In this document: positions 19,421-30,292 of the stretch, piece after piece
Layout of the letters: every line of letters starts with the position of its first letter
Numbering within the stretch: the first letter of the stretch is position 1
Assembly: GCA_963976765.1 (NCBI GenBank)
Contig: CAXBME010000010.1
Span: 62,001 to 126,000, forward strand
Direction: 5' to 3'
Length of the DNA: 64,000 bases
Source of the DNA: an uncultured Planctomycetaceae bacterium
Lineage (GTDB): Bacteria; Planctomycetota; Planctomycetia; Planctomycetales; Planctomycetaceae
Position numbers and translations under genes: made by a program
Notes under the pieces: model-generated
What the model saw: the letters and a program-made list of their open reading frames with translations, nothing else
What the model was told of the DNA's origin: nothing
Database searches by the model: none

Positions 19421-19987
19421 ATGTCAGAATTGCCACACAGTCACGAGTTGTTGTCACGCGACGAAAGCCGTCTGCTGATTATCGATATGCAGGAGAAAAT
19501 TCTGCCGGTGATCAACGGCCAGGAAGTCGTCCTGACAAACTGCCTCAAGCTGATCGAAGCAGCAAACATTCTGGAAGTGCCAGCGACGGCAACCGAGCAG
19601 TATCCGAAAGGGCTTGGGTCAACCGTTACGGAGATCGCCGAGCGTTTACCGAACCGGCCGGAGAAAATTGAATTCAGTTGCCTGAACTGTCTCGACTGGA
19701 ACTCGTCGGCGTCAGACCCTGAAGGTCGATTCAAAGTCGTCGTAGCCGGGATCGAGTCGCACGTCTGTGTGCTTCAAACGGTGCTCGATCTGTTGTCCCA
19801 GGGATTCCGAGTGTTTGTTGCCGCCGACGCCGTTGGCAGCCGCAAACCACTCGACCGTGAAATCGCCCTGCAACGCATGGCGTCGTCCGGAGCCGTCATC
19901 ACGACGACCGAGTCCGTCCTCTTCGAATGGTGTGAGCGGGCCGGGACGCCTGAGTTCAAGCAAATCAGCCGGCTGGTCAGAGATTAG
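19421..19987 (+). CDS. Isochorismatase-family hydrolase
   Basis: [26 protein letters not shown]. Confidence 0.92.
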   Translation: MSELPHSHELLSRDESRLLIIDMQEKILPVINGQEVVLTNCLKLIEAANILEVPATATEQYPKGLGSTVTEIAERLPNRPEKIEFSCLNCLDWNSSASDPEGRFKVVVAGIESHVCVLQTVLDLLSQGFRVFVAADAVGSRKPLDREIALQRMASSGAVITTTESVLFEWCERAGTPEFKQISRLVRD

Positions 19988-20058
19988 CCAGCGTTCTATG
20001 CTCCGCCGCCTGTCACGATTTTCATTCTTCAAGAGACATTCACAGCGGGACTTTACGC

Positions 20059-21045
20059 ATGGCGGCATACAACGTTTTTGGAGTAGGCAACGCTCTGGTC
20101 GATGTTCAGACGCAGGTTTCTGACAAGACGCTGATCGAACTCGATTTCGCAAAAGGCATCATGACGCTGGTCGACGAGCAGACTCAACAGCGAGTACTCA
20201 GCCGGCTGGAAGGCTCAAAACTCAACCGATGCGCGGGCGGTTCGGCCGCAAACACGATCATCGGCATCGCTGAGTTCGGCGGAACGACGGCCTACGCGGG
20301 CAAAGTCGCCAATGATGAAATCGGTGAATTCTTCCTGAAGGATCTGCGCGATCTGGGAGTGGCGATTGAGGTACCGCAAACCGACGGGCAAAGCGGAACC
20401 TGCGTCGTCCTGATTTCGGAAGACGCTCAGCGGACAATGCTCACCAACCTCGCCGTGTCGGGCACGCTTTCGCCGGACGATATTGACGAAGAAGAGATCC
20501 GCAAGTCCGAGTGGATTTACGTTGAGGGGTACCTCTTTGCCGGTGAATCATCAAGAGCGGCGGCACGGAAAGCGATCGATATCGCCGTTAAGCACGGCAT
20601 CAAAGTTTCGCTGACGGTTTCCGATCCGTTCCTCATTGATATCTGCCGTGACGAATTCCAGGAACTGATTGAAGGTCCGGTTGACCTCCTGTTCTGCAAT
20701 CTGGAAGAAGCTCGCAGCCTGACAAAGAAGCACGATCCCGCCGACTGCGCCCAAGAAATTCATCAGCACGCCGCCGCCGTTGCATTGACTCTGGGTGAAG
20801 ACGGTTCACTTCTCATGGAAGGCAATCGTCTGATTCCAATCGAGGGTGTTTCGGTAAAGGCTGTCGATACCACCGGAGCCGGCGATATGTACGCTGCCGG
20901 AATCCTCTATGGCATTACGAATGGACTGTCCTGGAAACAGTCGGGGCATCTGGCGTCTCACGCGGCGGCACGAGTTGTCAGCCAGCTCGGCGCCCGCCTC
21001 GAAAAACCATTCACGGCTGAAGAAATTCAGTCACTGATTTCGTAA
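20059..21045 (+). CDS. PfkB-family (adenosine kinase-like) kinase
   Basis: GNALVD, GGSAAN, RTMLT, DTTGAGD. Confidence 0.92.
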   Translation: MAAYNVFGVGNALVDVQTQVSDKTLIELDFAKGIMTLVDEQTQQRVLSRLEGSKLNRCAGGSAANTIIGIAEFGGTTAYAGKVANDEIGEFFLKDLRDLGVAIEVPQTDGQSGTCVVLISEDAQRTMLTNLAVSGTLSPDDIDEEEIRKSEWIYVEGYLFAGESSRAAARKAIDIAVKHGIKVSLTVSDPFLIDICRDEFQELIEGPVDLLFCNLEEARSLTKKHDPADCAQEIHQHAAAVALTLGEDGSLLMEGNRLIPIEGVSVKAVDTTGAGDMYAAGILYGITNGLSWKQSGHLASHAAARVVSQLGARLEKPFTAEEIQSLIS

Positions 21046-21284
21046 CGAGCCACCAGTCTTTCTGGCGAGCACACCAGCGAACGCAGAGTTGATCGTTAAA
21101 AGATCGCTACAGCGGTCAAACTTCGCCGCGACCGAGCCACTTAACTCGGAACAAACGTTCCTTACGAGGAGTGTACCACAAGCGCCACGCCAGACAGACT
21201 GTATGGTCGTTTCGGTTCTCCACAATTCAAAAAAGTTTGAGTGAGAGACTGCAACACGGCACGTAATTCGGCAATACTACCCTC

Positions 21285-21395
21285 GCAGCCGGTCGCTTGT
21301 GCCGTTTTAAGCGTTGGCCCGCGCGCAAAGTGGCATTGGCCGGCTGCATTATCAAAAATCGCAAAAAGCCCGATCTGTAAAGGTCGGGCTTTTTT
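21285..21395 (+). ncRNA. Candidate small RNA (long hairpin plus terminator)
   Basis: Nested stems containing G-U pairs that form on the + strand, a promoter-like element upstream, and a terminator at the end. Confidence 0.35.
21363..21395 (+). terminator. Intrinsic terminator, possibly bidirectional
   Basis: AAAAAGCCCGATCT-GTAA-AGGTCGGGCTTTTTT. Confidence 0.85.
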
Positions 21396-21449
21396 AATTT
21401 CCTGTCACTGAATGGCCAATCGCCTCGTCTCAGCGGGACGCGAATAGAT

Positions 21450-22589
21450 TCAATTGGTACTGAGTCGACGAACCCGATGTGTCTCGCTGTCGCCGATGTA
21501 GACGTTTCCGTGACGATCAACAAAGACTCCATGCGGGCGAGCCGTTCGGCATTTGAGTGGATCGCCATCGGGGCCATCTCCTCGCTGTCCGTCTCCGACG
21601 AGAATTTCGAGCGTTCCAGTGGCCGCTCGAATAACGCGGATTGAATGGCTTTCGGTGTCTGCAAGAAAGACATCGCCATTTGGACCGATGGCAATTCCCT
21701 TAGGACCGGACAGTGTCGCCAGTTTCGCCGGACCGCCGTTTCCCGTGAAACCTTTCTTGCCAGTGCCGGCGAGGTGGTGCAGCGTCTGACTGCGAAGATC
21801 AATCCGGTAGACCGTGTTTCCTTCACGCAAGGCGAGATACAGGCTGGTCTTCCCATCGAAGTCCAGTGTTCGTGGCCCGTTCAACGGCGTTCCTTTCAAT
21901 GATGCTCCGTCGGGAGTTGGCTTCCGCTCGCCAGTGCCAGCAAACGTTTCGATGAGCCCGGTCTCCAGATTCACGATTCGAACTCGATGATTCCCGATAT
22001 CGCAGATGTAGAGATTGCCCTGATGATCAAGCGCGATCGAGTGCGGACGATTGAGCGTTGCCTTCGTCGCGGGGCCACCATCGCCAGAGAATCCCAACTC
22101 CCCAGTACCGGCAACGGTCGAGATGATTCCCGAATTCGCATCAACACGGCGGACGATGTTGTTTTTCATCTCGACGAAGAACATGTTCCCGGCGGCATCG
22201 AAACGAACTTCATAAGGCTCGTTGAGTTTCGCACCCGTTGCCGGTCCGCCATCGCCGGAGTATCCCTGCTTTCCGGTTCCCGCGACGATGCTGATCTTCC
22301 CGGTGACTTCGTCCAGGCGGCGGACGACGTGAGTGGCAATTTCGCAAATGTAGAGAGCGCCGTCCGGTCCTTTTGAAAGTCCATACGGTTCCCCGACCGG
22401 AGTCTGAGTGGCGATTCGCTCGCCAGGTTCAAGTCCAGACACGCCGGTTCCAGCAATCGTCACGACCTCAGCCGCAGAAGCGATCGTCGTCATCAGACCT
22501 GCCGAAACGACGACCGAAAGAATCCAGATTGGCACGAAATTGTGAGCATCAACGTGACCGTTGCGAAGTCTGGAGATTAGGCACAGCAT
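21450..22589 (-). CDS. Secreted NHL-repeat beta-propeller protein
   Basis: Repeated AGTG..G.SGDGGPAT.A.LN.P units and a signal-like N-terminus. Start uncertain. Confidence 0.88.
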   Translation of the reverse strand: MLCLISRLRNGHVDAHNFVPIWILSVVVSAGLMTTIASAAEVVTIAGTGVSGLEPGERIATQTPVGEPYGLSKGPDGALYICEIATHVVRRLDEVTGKISIVAGTGKQGYSGDGGPATGAKLNEPYEVRFDAAGNMFFVEMKNNIVRRVDANSGIISTVAGTGELGFSGDGGPATKATLNRPHSIALDHQGNLYICDIGNHRVRIVNLETGLIETFAGTGERKPTPDGASLKGTPLNGPRTLDFDGKTSLYLALREGNTVYRIDLRSQTLHHLAGTGKKGFTGNGGPAKLATLSGPKGIAIGPNGDVFLADTESHSIRVIRAATGTLEILVGDGQRGDGPDGDPLKCRTARPHGVFVDRHGNVYIGDSETHRVRRLSTN

Positions 22590-22718
22590 CAGCGGGTTCC
22601 TTAAATGAGGGTCTGTATCGAGGACGCATCCTGAATCGCAACCGATAGTCTGATCGTTTAGCGTTAGACTGTCACTGCGATGAGCATTCGCGCTCAAACA
22701 CTCGGGAGTCTCATTCGA

Positions 22719-24188
22719 CTACTCAACGACGTGAACGAGCATGGCGTCGTGGCCTCGAGCGCTCCAGTGAGAACTTGCCACAATCACCACGGTGTCGCCG
22801 ACTTTCAGAACGCACTCTTTAAGACCCCATGCCGTAGCGAATTCCGCCAGCTCGTCACCAGACTGAGACGACTGCTGCCACACGATCGGGGTAATTCCCC
22901 AGATAAGCGTCATCCTTCTGGCCGTTCGCCACGACTGGCAGATCGCCAGAACGGGCACCAGCCGGCGTTCTTTCGAGATGGCGACGGCAGCTCGTCCGGA
23001 AACGGTCGCCACGGCGATCAGGCTGGAATCGAGTCGGTCAGCGGTCGCCACCGCGCCGATGGCCACTGCTTCCGTAATGGCTTGAGCCTGAGCTGACGTC
23101 GCTGATAAATCCTGGCGAACGATCGGCTGCGACTCCAGCAGCCGCTCCGCATCGCGAATAATGCGGCTCATCATGGCGACGGCTTCGCGAGAGTAGTCTC
23201 CGATCGCACTCTCTCCGGAAAGCATGACAGCGTCCGAACCATCGAGTACAGCATTCGCAACGTCGCTGGTTTCGGCACGAGTCGGCAATTCGTTTTTCTG
23301 CATGCTGTCGAGCATTTGAGTGGCCGTAATAACAGGCACTCGCTTCTGATTGCAAAGTCGAATAATCCGCTTCTGAATGCCCGGCACGGTGACGATGTCA
23401 ACCTCGACGCCCAGGTCTCCGCGAGCGACCATCACAGCATCGGATGCGTCGATGATCGCTTCCAGTTGCGCAACGGCTTCTCCTTTTTCGATCTTGGCGA
23501 CGATCATCGGCGGCGTTGCAGTGCCGGATTCTTCGATGCACGACCGCAGCAGTCGGACGTCGTCGACGCTTCGTACGAAACTCAGGCCCACAAAGTCGAT
23601 CTGGTTTTCGATCGCCCACTGAAGATCCACGCGATCTTTTTCAGTCAGCGACGGAGTGCTCAACGCGACGCCAGGCAGGTTGACCCCCTGTCGACTTCGA
23701 ATGATTCCCGCGGCATCGACAACGCACCTGGCCCAGCCGGCTTCGGGATTGGTTTCTTCGACTCGCATTCCGACGGTACCGTCAGCAAGCAGAATTCGAT
23801 CGCCGGCTTTCAGGTCATCGACCAACGGCTCGTAGGTGCAGGTAAGTTCTGAATTGTCTTCAGGCTGGCGCCCGCGAATGAACGTGAAGATGGCACCATC
23901 GGGGCAGAAAACGCTGTCGCCGTGTATCTCTCCGAGGCGAATCTTCGGCCCCGACAGATCCCCCAGCAGCCCGATTGGTTTATCAAGCTCTTCCGATAAC
24001 GACCGGATGTGAGTGACGATTTCTGACAGCCACTCGTGCGATCCGTGAGCGAAGTTGAGTCGGAAGATGTCCACCCCTCGCCGGATCAGGGCTCGCAAAG
24101 CGTCACGCGTTTCGCACGCCGGGCCGACCGTCGCAATGATCTTCGTTCTGGCGAGAGGGTTCTCTCGGTAATCGCTTCCGAAGCTCAT
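22719..24188 (-). CDS. pyk: Pyruvate kinase
   Basis: RTKIIATVGP, RLNFAHG, IVAKIE, MVARGDLGVE, TQMLDSM, PTRAE. Confidence 0.97.
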   Translation of the reverse strand: MSFGSDYRENPLARTKIIATVGPACETRDALRALIRRGVDIFRLNFAHGSHEWLSEIVTHIRSLSEELDKPIGLLGDLSGPKIRLGEIHGDSVFCPDGAIFTFIRGRQPEDNSELTCTYEPLVDDLKAGDRILLADGTVGMRVEETNPEAGWARCVVDAAGIIRSRQGVNLPGVALSTPSLTEKDRVDLQWAIENQIDFVGLSFVRSVDDVRLLRSCIEESGTATPPMIVAKIEKGEAVAQLEAIIDASDAVMVARGDLGVEVDIVTVPGIQKRIIRLCNQKRVPVITATQMLDSMQKNELPTRAETSDVANAVLDGSDAVMLSGESAIGDYSREAVAMMSRIIRDAERLLESQPIVRQDLSATSAQAQAITEAVAIGAVATADRLDSSLIAVATVSGRAAVAISKERRLVPVLAICQSWRTARRMTLIWGITPIVWQQSSQSGDELAEFATAWGLKECVLKVGDTVVIVASSHWSARGHDAMLVHVVE

Positions 24189-24338
24189 GAGCTGCCTCCT
24201 GCATTCTGAAAAGCTGCCTGGTCGAGCTTGCCCACAGCTTTAGTTCGTGGTAACCCCCGAACTCAGGCGGGCTGCCCGTGAAAACGCCGAACTTCCGAAC
24301 GTGGTCGCTCGGAAAACGAAACGGGCGAGCACGGCCAG

Positions 24339-24863
24339 ATGGAGTCTATCGAACAAATGCAAGAGACGAATCGTAATCCTCTGATTGATCGATTTTCGGT
24401 CGTGCTGGGAACAGGTTTCGGAATTGGCTTTGCGCCGGTTGCTCCGGGCACCTTCGGAAGTCTTCTCGGGCCGCCGCTCGTCTGGGGAGTTCTCCAGACG
24501 GAATTGCCCGTCATGGCGGTGCTGGCCATTGCGGCAGTGTTTATCGTCGTCGGAATTCCGATCTGCTCGGCGGCGGCAGCAGCGTTGGGCAGGCACGATC
24601 CAGGTCAGGTTGTCTACGACGAGATCGCCGCCTTCTGGATCGTCTTTCTGCCACACATTGTTCTGGGCAGGCCCGTCGGATGGCTCGCCGCAGTCGGCGG
24701 GTTCGCCTTCTTCCGCGTCTTTGACATCGCCAAACCGTGGCCAGTTTGCCGACTGGAGAAGTTGCCCGACGGGCTGGGAATCATGGCGGACGATCTGGCC
24801 GCCGGCGCTTACGCCGCAGTTTGCCTGTTCGCTCTGGAAGAAACCGTTGCTCGGGCTCTTTAG
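24339..24863 (+). CDS. pgpA: Phosphatidylglycerophosphatase A
   Basis: APGTFGS, HDPGQVVYDE, FRVFDIAKPWP, GIMADD. Confidence 0.93.
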   Translation: MESIEQMQETNRNPLIDRFSVVLGTGFGIGFAPVAPGTFGSLLGPPLVWGVLQTELPVMAVLAIAAVFIVVGIPICSAAAAALGRHDPGQVVYDEIAAFWIVFLPHIVLGRPVGWLAAVGGFAFFRVFDIAKPWPVCRLEKLPDGLGIMADDLAAGAYAAVCLFALEETVARAL

Positions 24864-25014
24864 CCGCTTTTGGGGTCCGATCGAGTCTGACCGCTCGGTA
24901 CGATGCCGACTCGAGCGCCCGTCCCGCGAATAACGGACTAAAGATCGAAATTCGCCGCAAAGGCGCTAAGCCGCAAAACTACGAAAAGAGTTGAACTGAA
25001 AGGCGGCCTGGACG

Positions 25015-26334
25015 ATGAGTAGCGAAACAATCATTCGGACGCCAGCCGCGCTGGCAGCGATCTGTGCCTGGAGTGTCGTCCTGCTGGCAACGTCGGGTGC
25101 GAGTGCCGACATTGTCCATCTCAAAACCGGCGGCGTCCTGAGAGGTCTCATCGAGCCGTCGCGTGAGGACGCCGAGGCCCCCCGGAACTCGGTCACGATG
25201 AAACTTCTCTCTGGAGCTGAGGTCGAATTGCCGGTCGACCAGATCTCCAGTCGGCAGGTGCGTCCACTGAAATTCGAAGAGTACGAAGTCCGTGCCGAGT
25301 CGCTGCCGGACACACTGGCTGCTCACTGGGCACTCGCAGAATGGTGCCGCGAGCAGAAGCTCAACGAGCAACGAGAGATTCATCTGGAAATCGTGCTCGA
25401 CATCGATCCCGACCATCGTCAGGCACACTACGGATTGCGACACACATTTTATCGTGATCAGTGGATGACTCGCGAAGAGTATGAGCAAACGCGAATCGCC
25501 GACGGCTTCGTCCAGTACAACGGCAAGTGGGTGCCGGCCGACAAGCTGGAGGCCATCAGGAATGAAGACGCAGCATCGAAGGCCGAGCGAGAGTGGTATG
25601 CCAAAGTTCGCGTGTGGCTGAACTGGGCAACGGGCAATCATGCCGCACGCGCGGCGGACGGACTCAACAATCTGCGAGGCATCGACAGTCCAGACGCACT
25701 TTCTGCACTCGTGCAGTTTCTCGGCAAGAGCCCGCGAGCAGACGTCCGGCGGCTGTTCATCGAAATCGTCGGAAAAATCAAAGGCCCCGGCCCCGTCGTT
25801 CCATTAGCAACGCTGGCTGTTCGCGAGGACGTCAGAGAACTTCGAGAGCTGGCTTTGTCGATGATCGACGAGGCGCATTACGATCAGGCAAGGCTGCTGG
25901 TGGTCGACGAGCTGCGCGATCGGAACAACGTCGTGGTTCGCCGCGCAGGAACCGTCCTGGCGAAGATTGGTGATGAAACGTCAGTGCCCGCGCTGATTCG
26001 CGCCCTCGTCACCACTCACAGTTACAAAGTGCGAGTGCCCGTGCAGGGTTACAGCTTCGGCGTCGATGGCTCCATTCCCGGCGGAACGGGGTTGCCGCCG
26101 GAAATCGAGGTTGGGCTTCGAACCGGAGTTTACGACAGCGTGCAGGTCGTGCCGCTGCTCGGTGCGGCCAGAGCGACAAAGCTGATCCCCGTGGCGGTTA
26201 ATCGTGAGAACGAGGAAGTCCTGATGGCTCTGCGACAGATCACCGGGAACAACTTCGGCTTCGACGAAAATACCTGGCAACGCTGGTGGAACATCGACCG
26301 CAACCAGGCAACACTCGCCCCGGACCTCCCGTAA
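25015..26334 (+). CDS. Secreted HEAT-repeat protein
   Basis: Signal peptide, DIVHLKTGG, HEAT-like helices, ALRQITGNNFGFD..WQRWW. Confidence 0.75.
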   Translation: MSSETIIRTPAALAAICAWSVVLLATSGASADIVHLKTGGVLRGLIEPSREDAEAPRNSVTMKLLSGAEVELPVDQISSRQVRPLKFEEYEVRAESLPDTLAAHWALAEWCREQKLNEQREIHLEIVLDIDPDHRQAHYGLRHTFYRDQWMTREEYEQTRIADGFVQYNGKWVPADKLEAIRNEDAASKAEREWYAKVRVWLNWATGNHAARAADGLNNLRGIDSPDALSALVQFLGKSPRADVRRLFIEIVGKIKGPGPVVPLATLAVREDVRELRELALSMIDEAHYDQARLLVVDELRDRNNVVVRRAGTVLAKIGDETSVPALIRALVTTHSYKVRVPVQGYSFGVDGSIPGGTGLPPEIEVGLRTGVYDSVQVVPLLGAARATKLIPVAVNRENEEVLMALRQITGNNFGFDENTWQRWWNIDRNQATLAPDLP

Positions 26335-26367
26335 AAGTTGGGGCTGACGTTCGGCGAGAAGGCACAA

Positions 26368-28350
26368 TCAACTGTCGGTGATGACCTGGCACTCGGGCAG
26401 GCTGGACAGAAACAGCCGACCGTACGGCTTCGTACGGACGCGCGGGTCGAGGATCACGACCTGGCCGGTGTCCTGGCTGGAGCGGATCAAACGTCCGAAG
26501 CCTTGCTTGAGTTTGATGATGGCTTCGGGAACCTGGTACTCCATGAACGGGTTGCCGCCGCGGGCGCGGATCGACTCAACGCGAGCTTCCAGCAGCGGTT
26601 GATCGGGCACGCTGAAAGGAAGCTTTGTGATGATGACGTTCTGAAGCGCGTCGCCTGGAACATCGACTCCCTGCCAGAAACTGTCGGCCCCAAACAAAAC
26701 GGCGGCGGGTTCCTTGCGGAACTTGTCCAGCATCTGCGAACGCGGAAGACCATCGCCCTGGCAGTACATCGCGATGTTCTGCTCGGCGAACCACGAGCCC
26801 AGTCTGGCGGAGCAGTTTTTCAACGTGCGGTAACTGGTGAACAGAACAAACGCTCGGCCAGCGGTTTCCAGAACATGCTGCTTGATGGCCTGGCAAAGTG
26901 CCGTCTCAAAATCGGCTGGCTTCGCTGTCGGGTCGGGCATTCGATCGCGGACGATCAGCTTCACCTGTCGCTGATAATCGAATGGACTACCAAGTTTCTT
27001 CTCGATGGCTTTTGTCAGTCCCAGCCTGCTCTTAAAGAAATCAAAGTTCTCTTCGCCGATCGCCAGCGTCGCGCTGGCCAGGACGACAGTCTTTTTAACG
27101 TTGAACAGTTCGTCGCGCAGCACCGGACCAACTTCAATCGGGCACGAAACCAGCCGAGTCGATTCGCGTCGTCCGGAAGTGGCTTCGATCCAGAAAACGG
27201 AATTGTCTTCGGTCTGCGAAATCCACGAGTCAACCGCCATGGCCAGCATGCCGCAGCGTTCTGAGGCGGCCTTCAATTCGACTCGTTTTTCCTCGGCCTC
27301 AATCTCCTCAGATTCCTGCGCGAGACGAATGCCAAGCTTGCGGAGTGCGGGTGTCAGTTCGTTGGGGATCTCGACCGGACCTCGCACTCGACCATTTGTC
27401 GGACACTTTGCCTGACGCCAGTTCCGCATCGCTGCAAAGAAGTCGGCGTAGTATTCGCGCAGTCGGATGACAGCTTTCTGGCAATCGGTCAGGTTGTGCG
27501 CGACAAGTAGACCTTTGTTGGTACGGTCGTTGTAGAGCCGGTTGAGCAGATACTCGACCTGACCGCTCGACGCTGAAATCCCGAGGTGGTCGCCCGCGAC
27601 GCCTTCGATGGTGTGCGCTTCATCGAGGATGGCGATGTCGTAGTCGGGCAGGATGGCTGCTCCATCACGCCGCAAAGCAAGATCAGAAAAAAACAGAGCA
27701 TGATTAACGACCAGAATGTCCGCATTCCAGATGCGCCGTCTGGCCTGGAAGTAGTAGCAGTCTTCGTAGAAATCGCAGTGCTTGCCCAGACAGTTGCCGT
27801 GCTCACTCTGCACTTCTTCCCAGACAGTCGGCAGCGGGCGAAAGTCCATGTCAGAACGGCTGCCGTCCTTCGTGGTTTTGGACCATTCGACGATGTCTTC
27901 AAGCTGCCGAACTTCTTCCGGTCGAGCGTACAACGAATCGGAACGTTCAATCGCCCCGAACATCCGCCGGAGACTGATGTAATTAGATCGGCCTTTGACA
28001 AGCACCGACGAAAATTCGACCGGCAGCACAGAATTCAGAAACGGCAGGTCACGATGGAACAGCTGCTCCTGCAGACTGATCGTGTGCGTCGAGATGACGA
28101 TTCGCTTTTTGGGCTGCTTGTCGTCCTTCCTTTCGCCCTGACCGCGAGTTGCGTGCAGGATCGCGGGGACCAGATACGCAAAGCTTTTGCCAACTCCAGT
28201 TCCAGCTTCAACGATCAGATGCGACTCTTCGGCAATGGCCTGCTCAACGGCGGCGGCCATTTCCAGTTGTTGCGGCCGACTTTCGTATTGCGTCAGTCGT
28301 TGCGCAATGCGGCCCTCGTCTCCAAGAATCGATCGCGAGTCGAGTTCCAT
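26368..28350 (-). CDS. DinG/YoaA-family ATP-dependent helicase
   Basis: EAGTGVGKS, DEAH, LASATL, FWQGVD, QGFGRLIR, and a Cys cluster (CLGKHC...C). Confidence 0.95.
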   Translation of the reverse strand: MELDSRSILGDEGRIAQRLTQYESRPQQLEMAAAVEQAIAEESHLIVEAGTGVGKSFAYLVPAILHATRGQGERKDDKQPKKRIVISTHTISLQEQLFHRDLPFLNSVLPVEFSSVLVKGRSNYISLRRMFGAIERSDSLYARPEEVRQLEDIVEWSKTTKDGSRSDMDFRPLPTVWEEVQSEHGNCLGKHCDFYEDCYYFQARRRIWNADILVVNHALFFSDLALRRDGAAILPDYDIAILDEAHTIEGVAGDHLGISASSGQVEYLLNRLYNDRTNKGLLVAHNLTDCQKAVIRLREYYADFFAAMRNWRQAKCPTNGRVRGPVEIPNELTPALRKLGIRLAQESEEIEAEEKRVELKAASERCGMLAMAVDSWISQTEDNSVFWIEATSGRRESTRLVSCPIEVGPVLRDELFNVKKTVVLASATLAIGEENFDFFKSRLGLTKAIEKKLGSPFDYQRQVKLIVRDRMPDPTAKPADFETALCQAIKQHVLETAGRAFVLFTSYRTLKNCSARLGSWFAEQNIAMYCQGDGLPRSQMLDKFRKEPAAVLFGADSFWQGVDVPGDALQNVIITKLPFSVPDQPLLEARVESIRARGGNPFMEYQVPEAIIKLKQGFGRLIRSSQDTGQVVILDPRVRTKPYGRLFLSSLPECQVITDS

Positions 28351-28352
28351 GT

Positions 28353-30083
28353 TTACGGAACTCGCTGAAAAGCAACAATGCACAGGTCGTCGCTTTGTGA
28401 ATGACCACCGGCAAATCGATTGACGTCATCGACCGTCGCTTTGACCAGCGCGTCGACTTCAAGAGGTCCGCTCTTGATAAATGCCTGCAGCCGTTTGCTG
28501 CCATATATTTCCCGATTCGGCTTCATCGCTTCCGTCACGCCGTCCGTGTAGAGCACCCATGTGTCGCCTTGCTTCAGTGGATGTACGGACTGGACGAAGG
28601 TTTGATCCGGAATAATTCCCAGCGGAAGACCTGTGTCGTCGCCCTCGATCTGTTCGACGTTGCCTTCCAGATCGCGAGCTATCGGCGGCAGATGCCCGGC
28701 ACTAACGAGCACGATCTCGTGCTTTTTCGGTTCCAGCACTGCCATCGCGCAAGTGATAAATCGGTGCCCCAGTCCGCTGGTAGCGATTTCGGAATTCAGA
28801 CCCGACATCGCCTCGGCCGGAGTCTCTTTAGTCAGCAGATGGTATCTCGCCGCCGAGTAAAGTCGCGCCATCAGCAAGGCTGCGGGAACGCCCTTTCCAG
28901 CGACGTCGGCGACCGTCACAGCAATGCGACCATCGGGAAGTTTGATGTAGTCGTAGTAGTCGCCACCCACGTGCTGAGCCGCTTCGTAATAGTCAGCAAA
29001 GTCGTAGTCTTTGACGTCGGGCGGCTTGTTCGGCAGAAAACCAATCTGCACCTGCATGGCGATTTCGAGATCGCGTTCCAGATTCTGCCGATTGAGCAGC
29101 GTCTGGTGCATGTTCGCATTCTCGATGGCAAGCGTGCATTGCGTTGCGATATTCACGAGCAGATCGAGGTCGTCTTCAGTGAACTTGGACCTCAAATCGA
29201 AAGTCGTAATCTGAATAACGCCGAGCCGTTGACCGGCCTGAGTGATCAGCGGAACGCACATCATCGAGCGAATCTGCAACCCGGCAAGGCTTTCGCTGCT
29301 GACGAATCGGCTGTCTTCGCTGGCGTCGGCACTGAGAATCGCTTCACCGGTTCTCATCGCGCGACTGACGATCGTCTTGCTGACAGACATGGAATCGTCG
29401 TCTTTGCGGCGATTTCGACAGGCTCGAATTCGAGGCTCTTCTTCCTGTTCTTCCTTCAGCAGGACAAATGCCTGGTCCGCCTGCGGAAAGATCTGAAACA
29501 GTGCATCAAGAATCGATGGCAGCACGTCGTCAATGTTAAGAACATTGCTGAGACGTTTGCCGATTTCGAGGATCGCTCGAAGCTTGACTTCAGGTTTGAC
29601 GCTCAGTCGAACTCCTGAACCTGAGCGAGCATCGATTCGAGAGATAATCGACGAACGCTCGTCGCTGTCGCCTTCAGGATTGTCAGGATCAATCGGCACG
29701 TTGATGCTGGCGGTTGCCCGGATGGCGTCGTTGCTGACTTTCCTTTTACTCGGCTTGACGTAAGCCGTGTCGTCGCTGAGTTCGCCGTTGCTGCTGTCGT
29801 CATGAAACAGGTAGGTATACTCACAAACGCGGACGATGTCGCTTTCCTTCAGCAGCGTTGGTTCCGTCACGTCAGTTTCGTTGACCTGGGTACCGTTTCG
29901 GCTACGAAGATCCTTGACGTAGTAGCTGCCGTGCGACTGGACGATCTGAGCGTGTTGACGACTCACGGCGCCATCTTCGAGAATCACCGCGCAACTGGGA
30001 TGTCGACCGAAAACAATTCGGTCGCCTTCCAGCGGGATGATCTTTCCCGCGTCTTCTCCAGTGAGAACCTTGAGGTGTGCCAC
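28353..30083 (-). CDS. FHA-GAF-SpoIIE/PP2C protein phosphatase
   Basis: FHA (GR..VSRQHA..SRNGT), a GAF domain, VGGDYYD, DVAGKG, YTDGVTE, DD. Confidence 0.92.
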   Translation of the reverse strand: MAHLKVLTGEDAGKIIPLEGDRIVFGRHPSCAVILEDGAVSRQHAQIVQSHGSYYVKDLRSRNGTQVNETDVTEPTLLKESDIVRVCEYTYLFHDDSSNGELSDDTAYVKPSKRKVSNDAIRATASINVPIDPDNPEGDSDERSSIISRIDARSGSGVRLSVKPEVKLRAILEIGKRLSNVLNIDDVLPSILDALFQIFPQADQAFVLLKEEQEEEPRIRACRNRRKDDDSMSVSKTIVSRAMRTGEAILSADASEDSRFVSSESLAGLQIRSMMCVPLITQAGQRLGVIQITTFDLRSKFTEDDLDLLVNIATQCTLAIENANMHQTLLNRQNLERDLEIAMQVQIGFLPNKPPDVKDYDFADYYEAAQHVGGDYYDYIKLPDGRIAVTVADVAGKGVPAALLMARLYSAARYHLLTKETPAEAMSGLNSEIATSGLGHRFITCAMAVLEPKKHEIVLVSAGHLPPIARDLEGNVEQIEGDDTGLPLGIIPDQTFVQSVHPLKQGDTWVLYTDGVTEAMKPNREIYGSKRLQAFIKSGPLEVDALVKATVDDVNRFAGGHSQSDDLCIVAFQRVP

Positions 30084-30292
30084 AGCGGCCTCAACTTAGA
30101 ACGTGCAAACCCATGCGCAATCCACGCGTGAAAACACTGCTCAGTCTAGTCAGGCAGCGGCAGTCCGGCAACGAGTCGAGCCCGTCGTAAGCGTCGTCCG
30201 TGACGAATGTTCGGTAGATGGTGCGTTCGTCACGGGAGGGGACGGAACCGGCATAGGCGGTCTTTTTCAGGACTACCGTACAGGACACAGGA

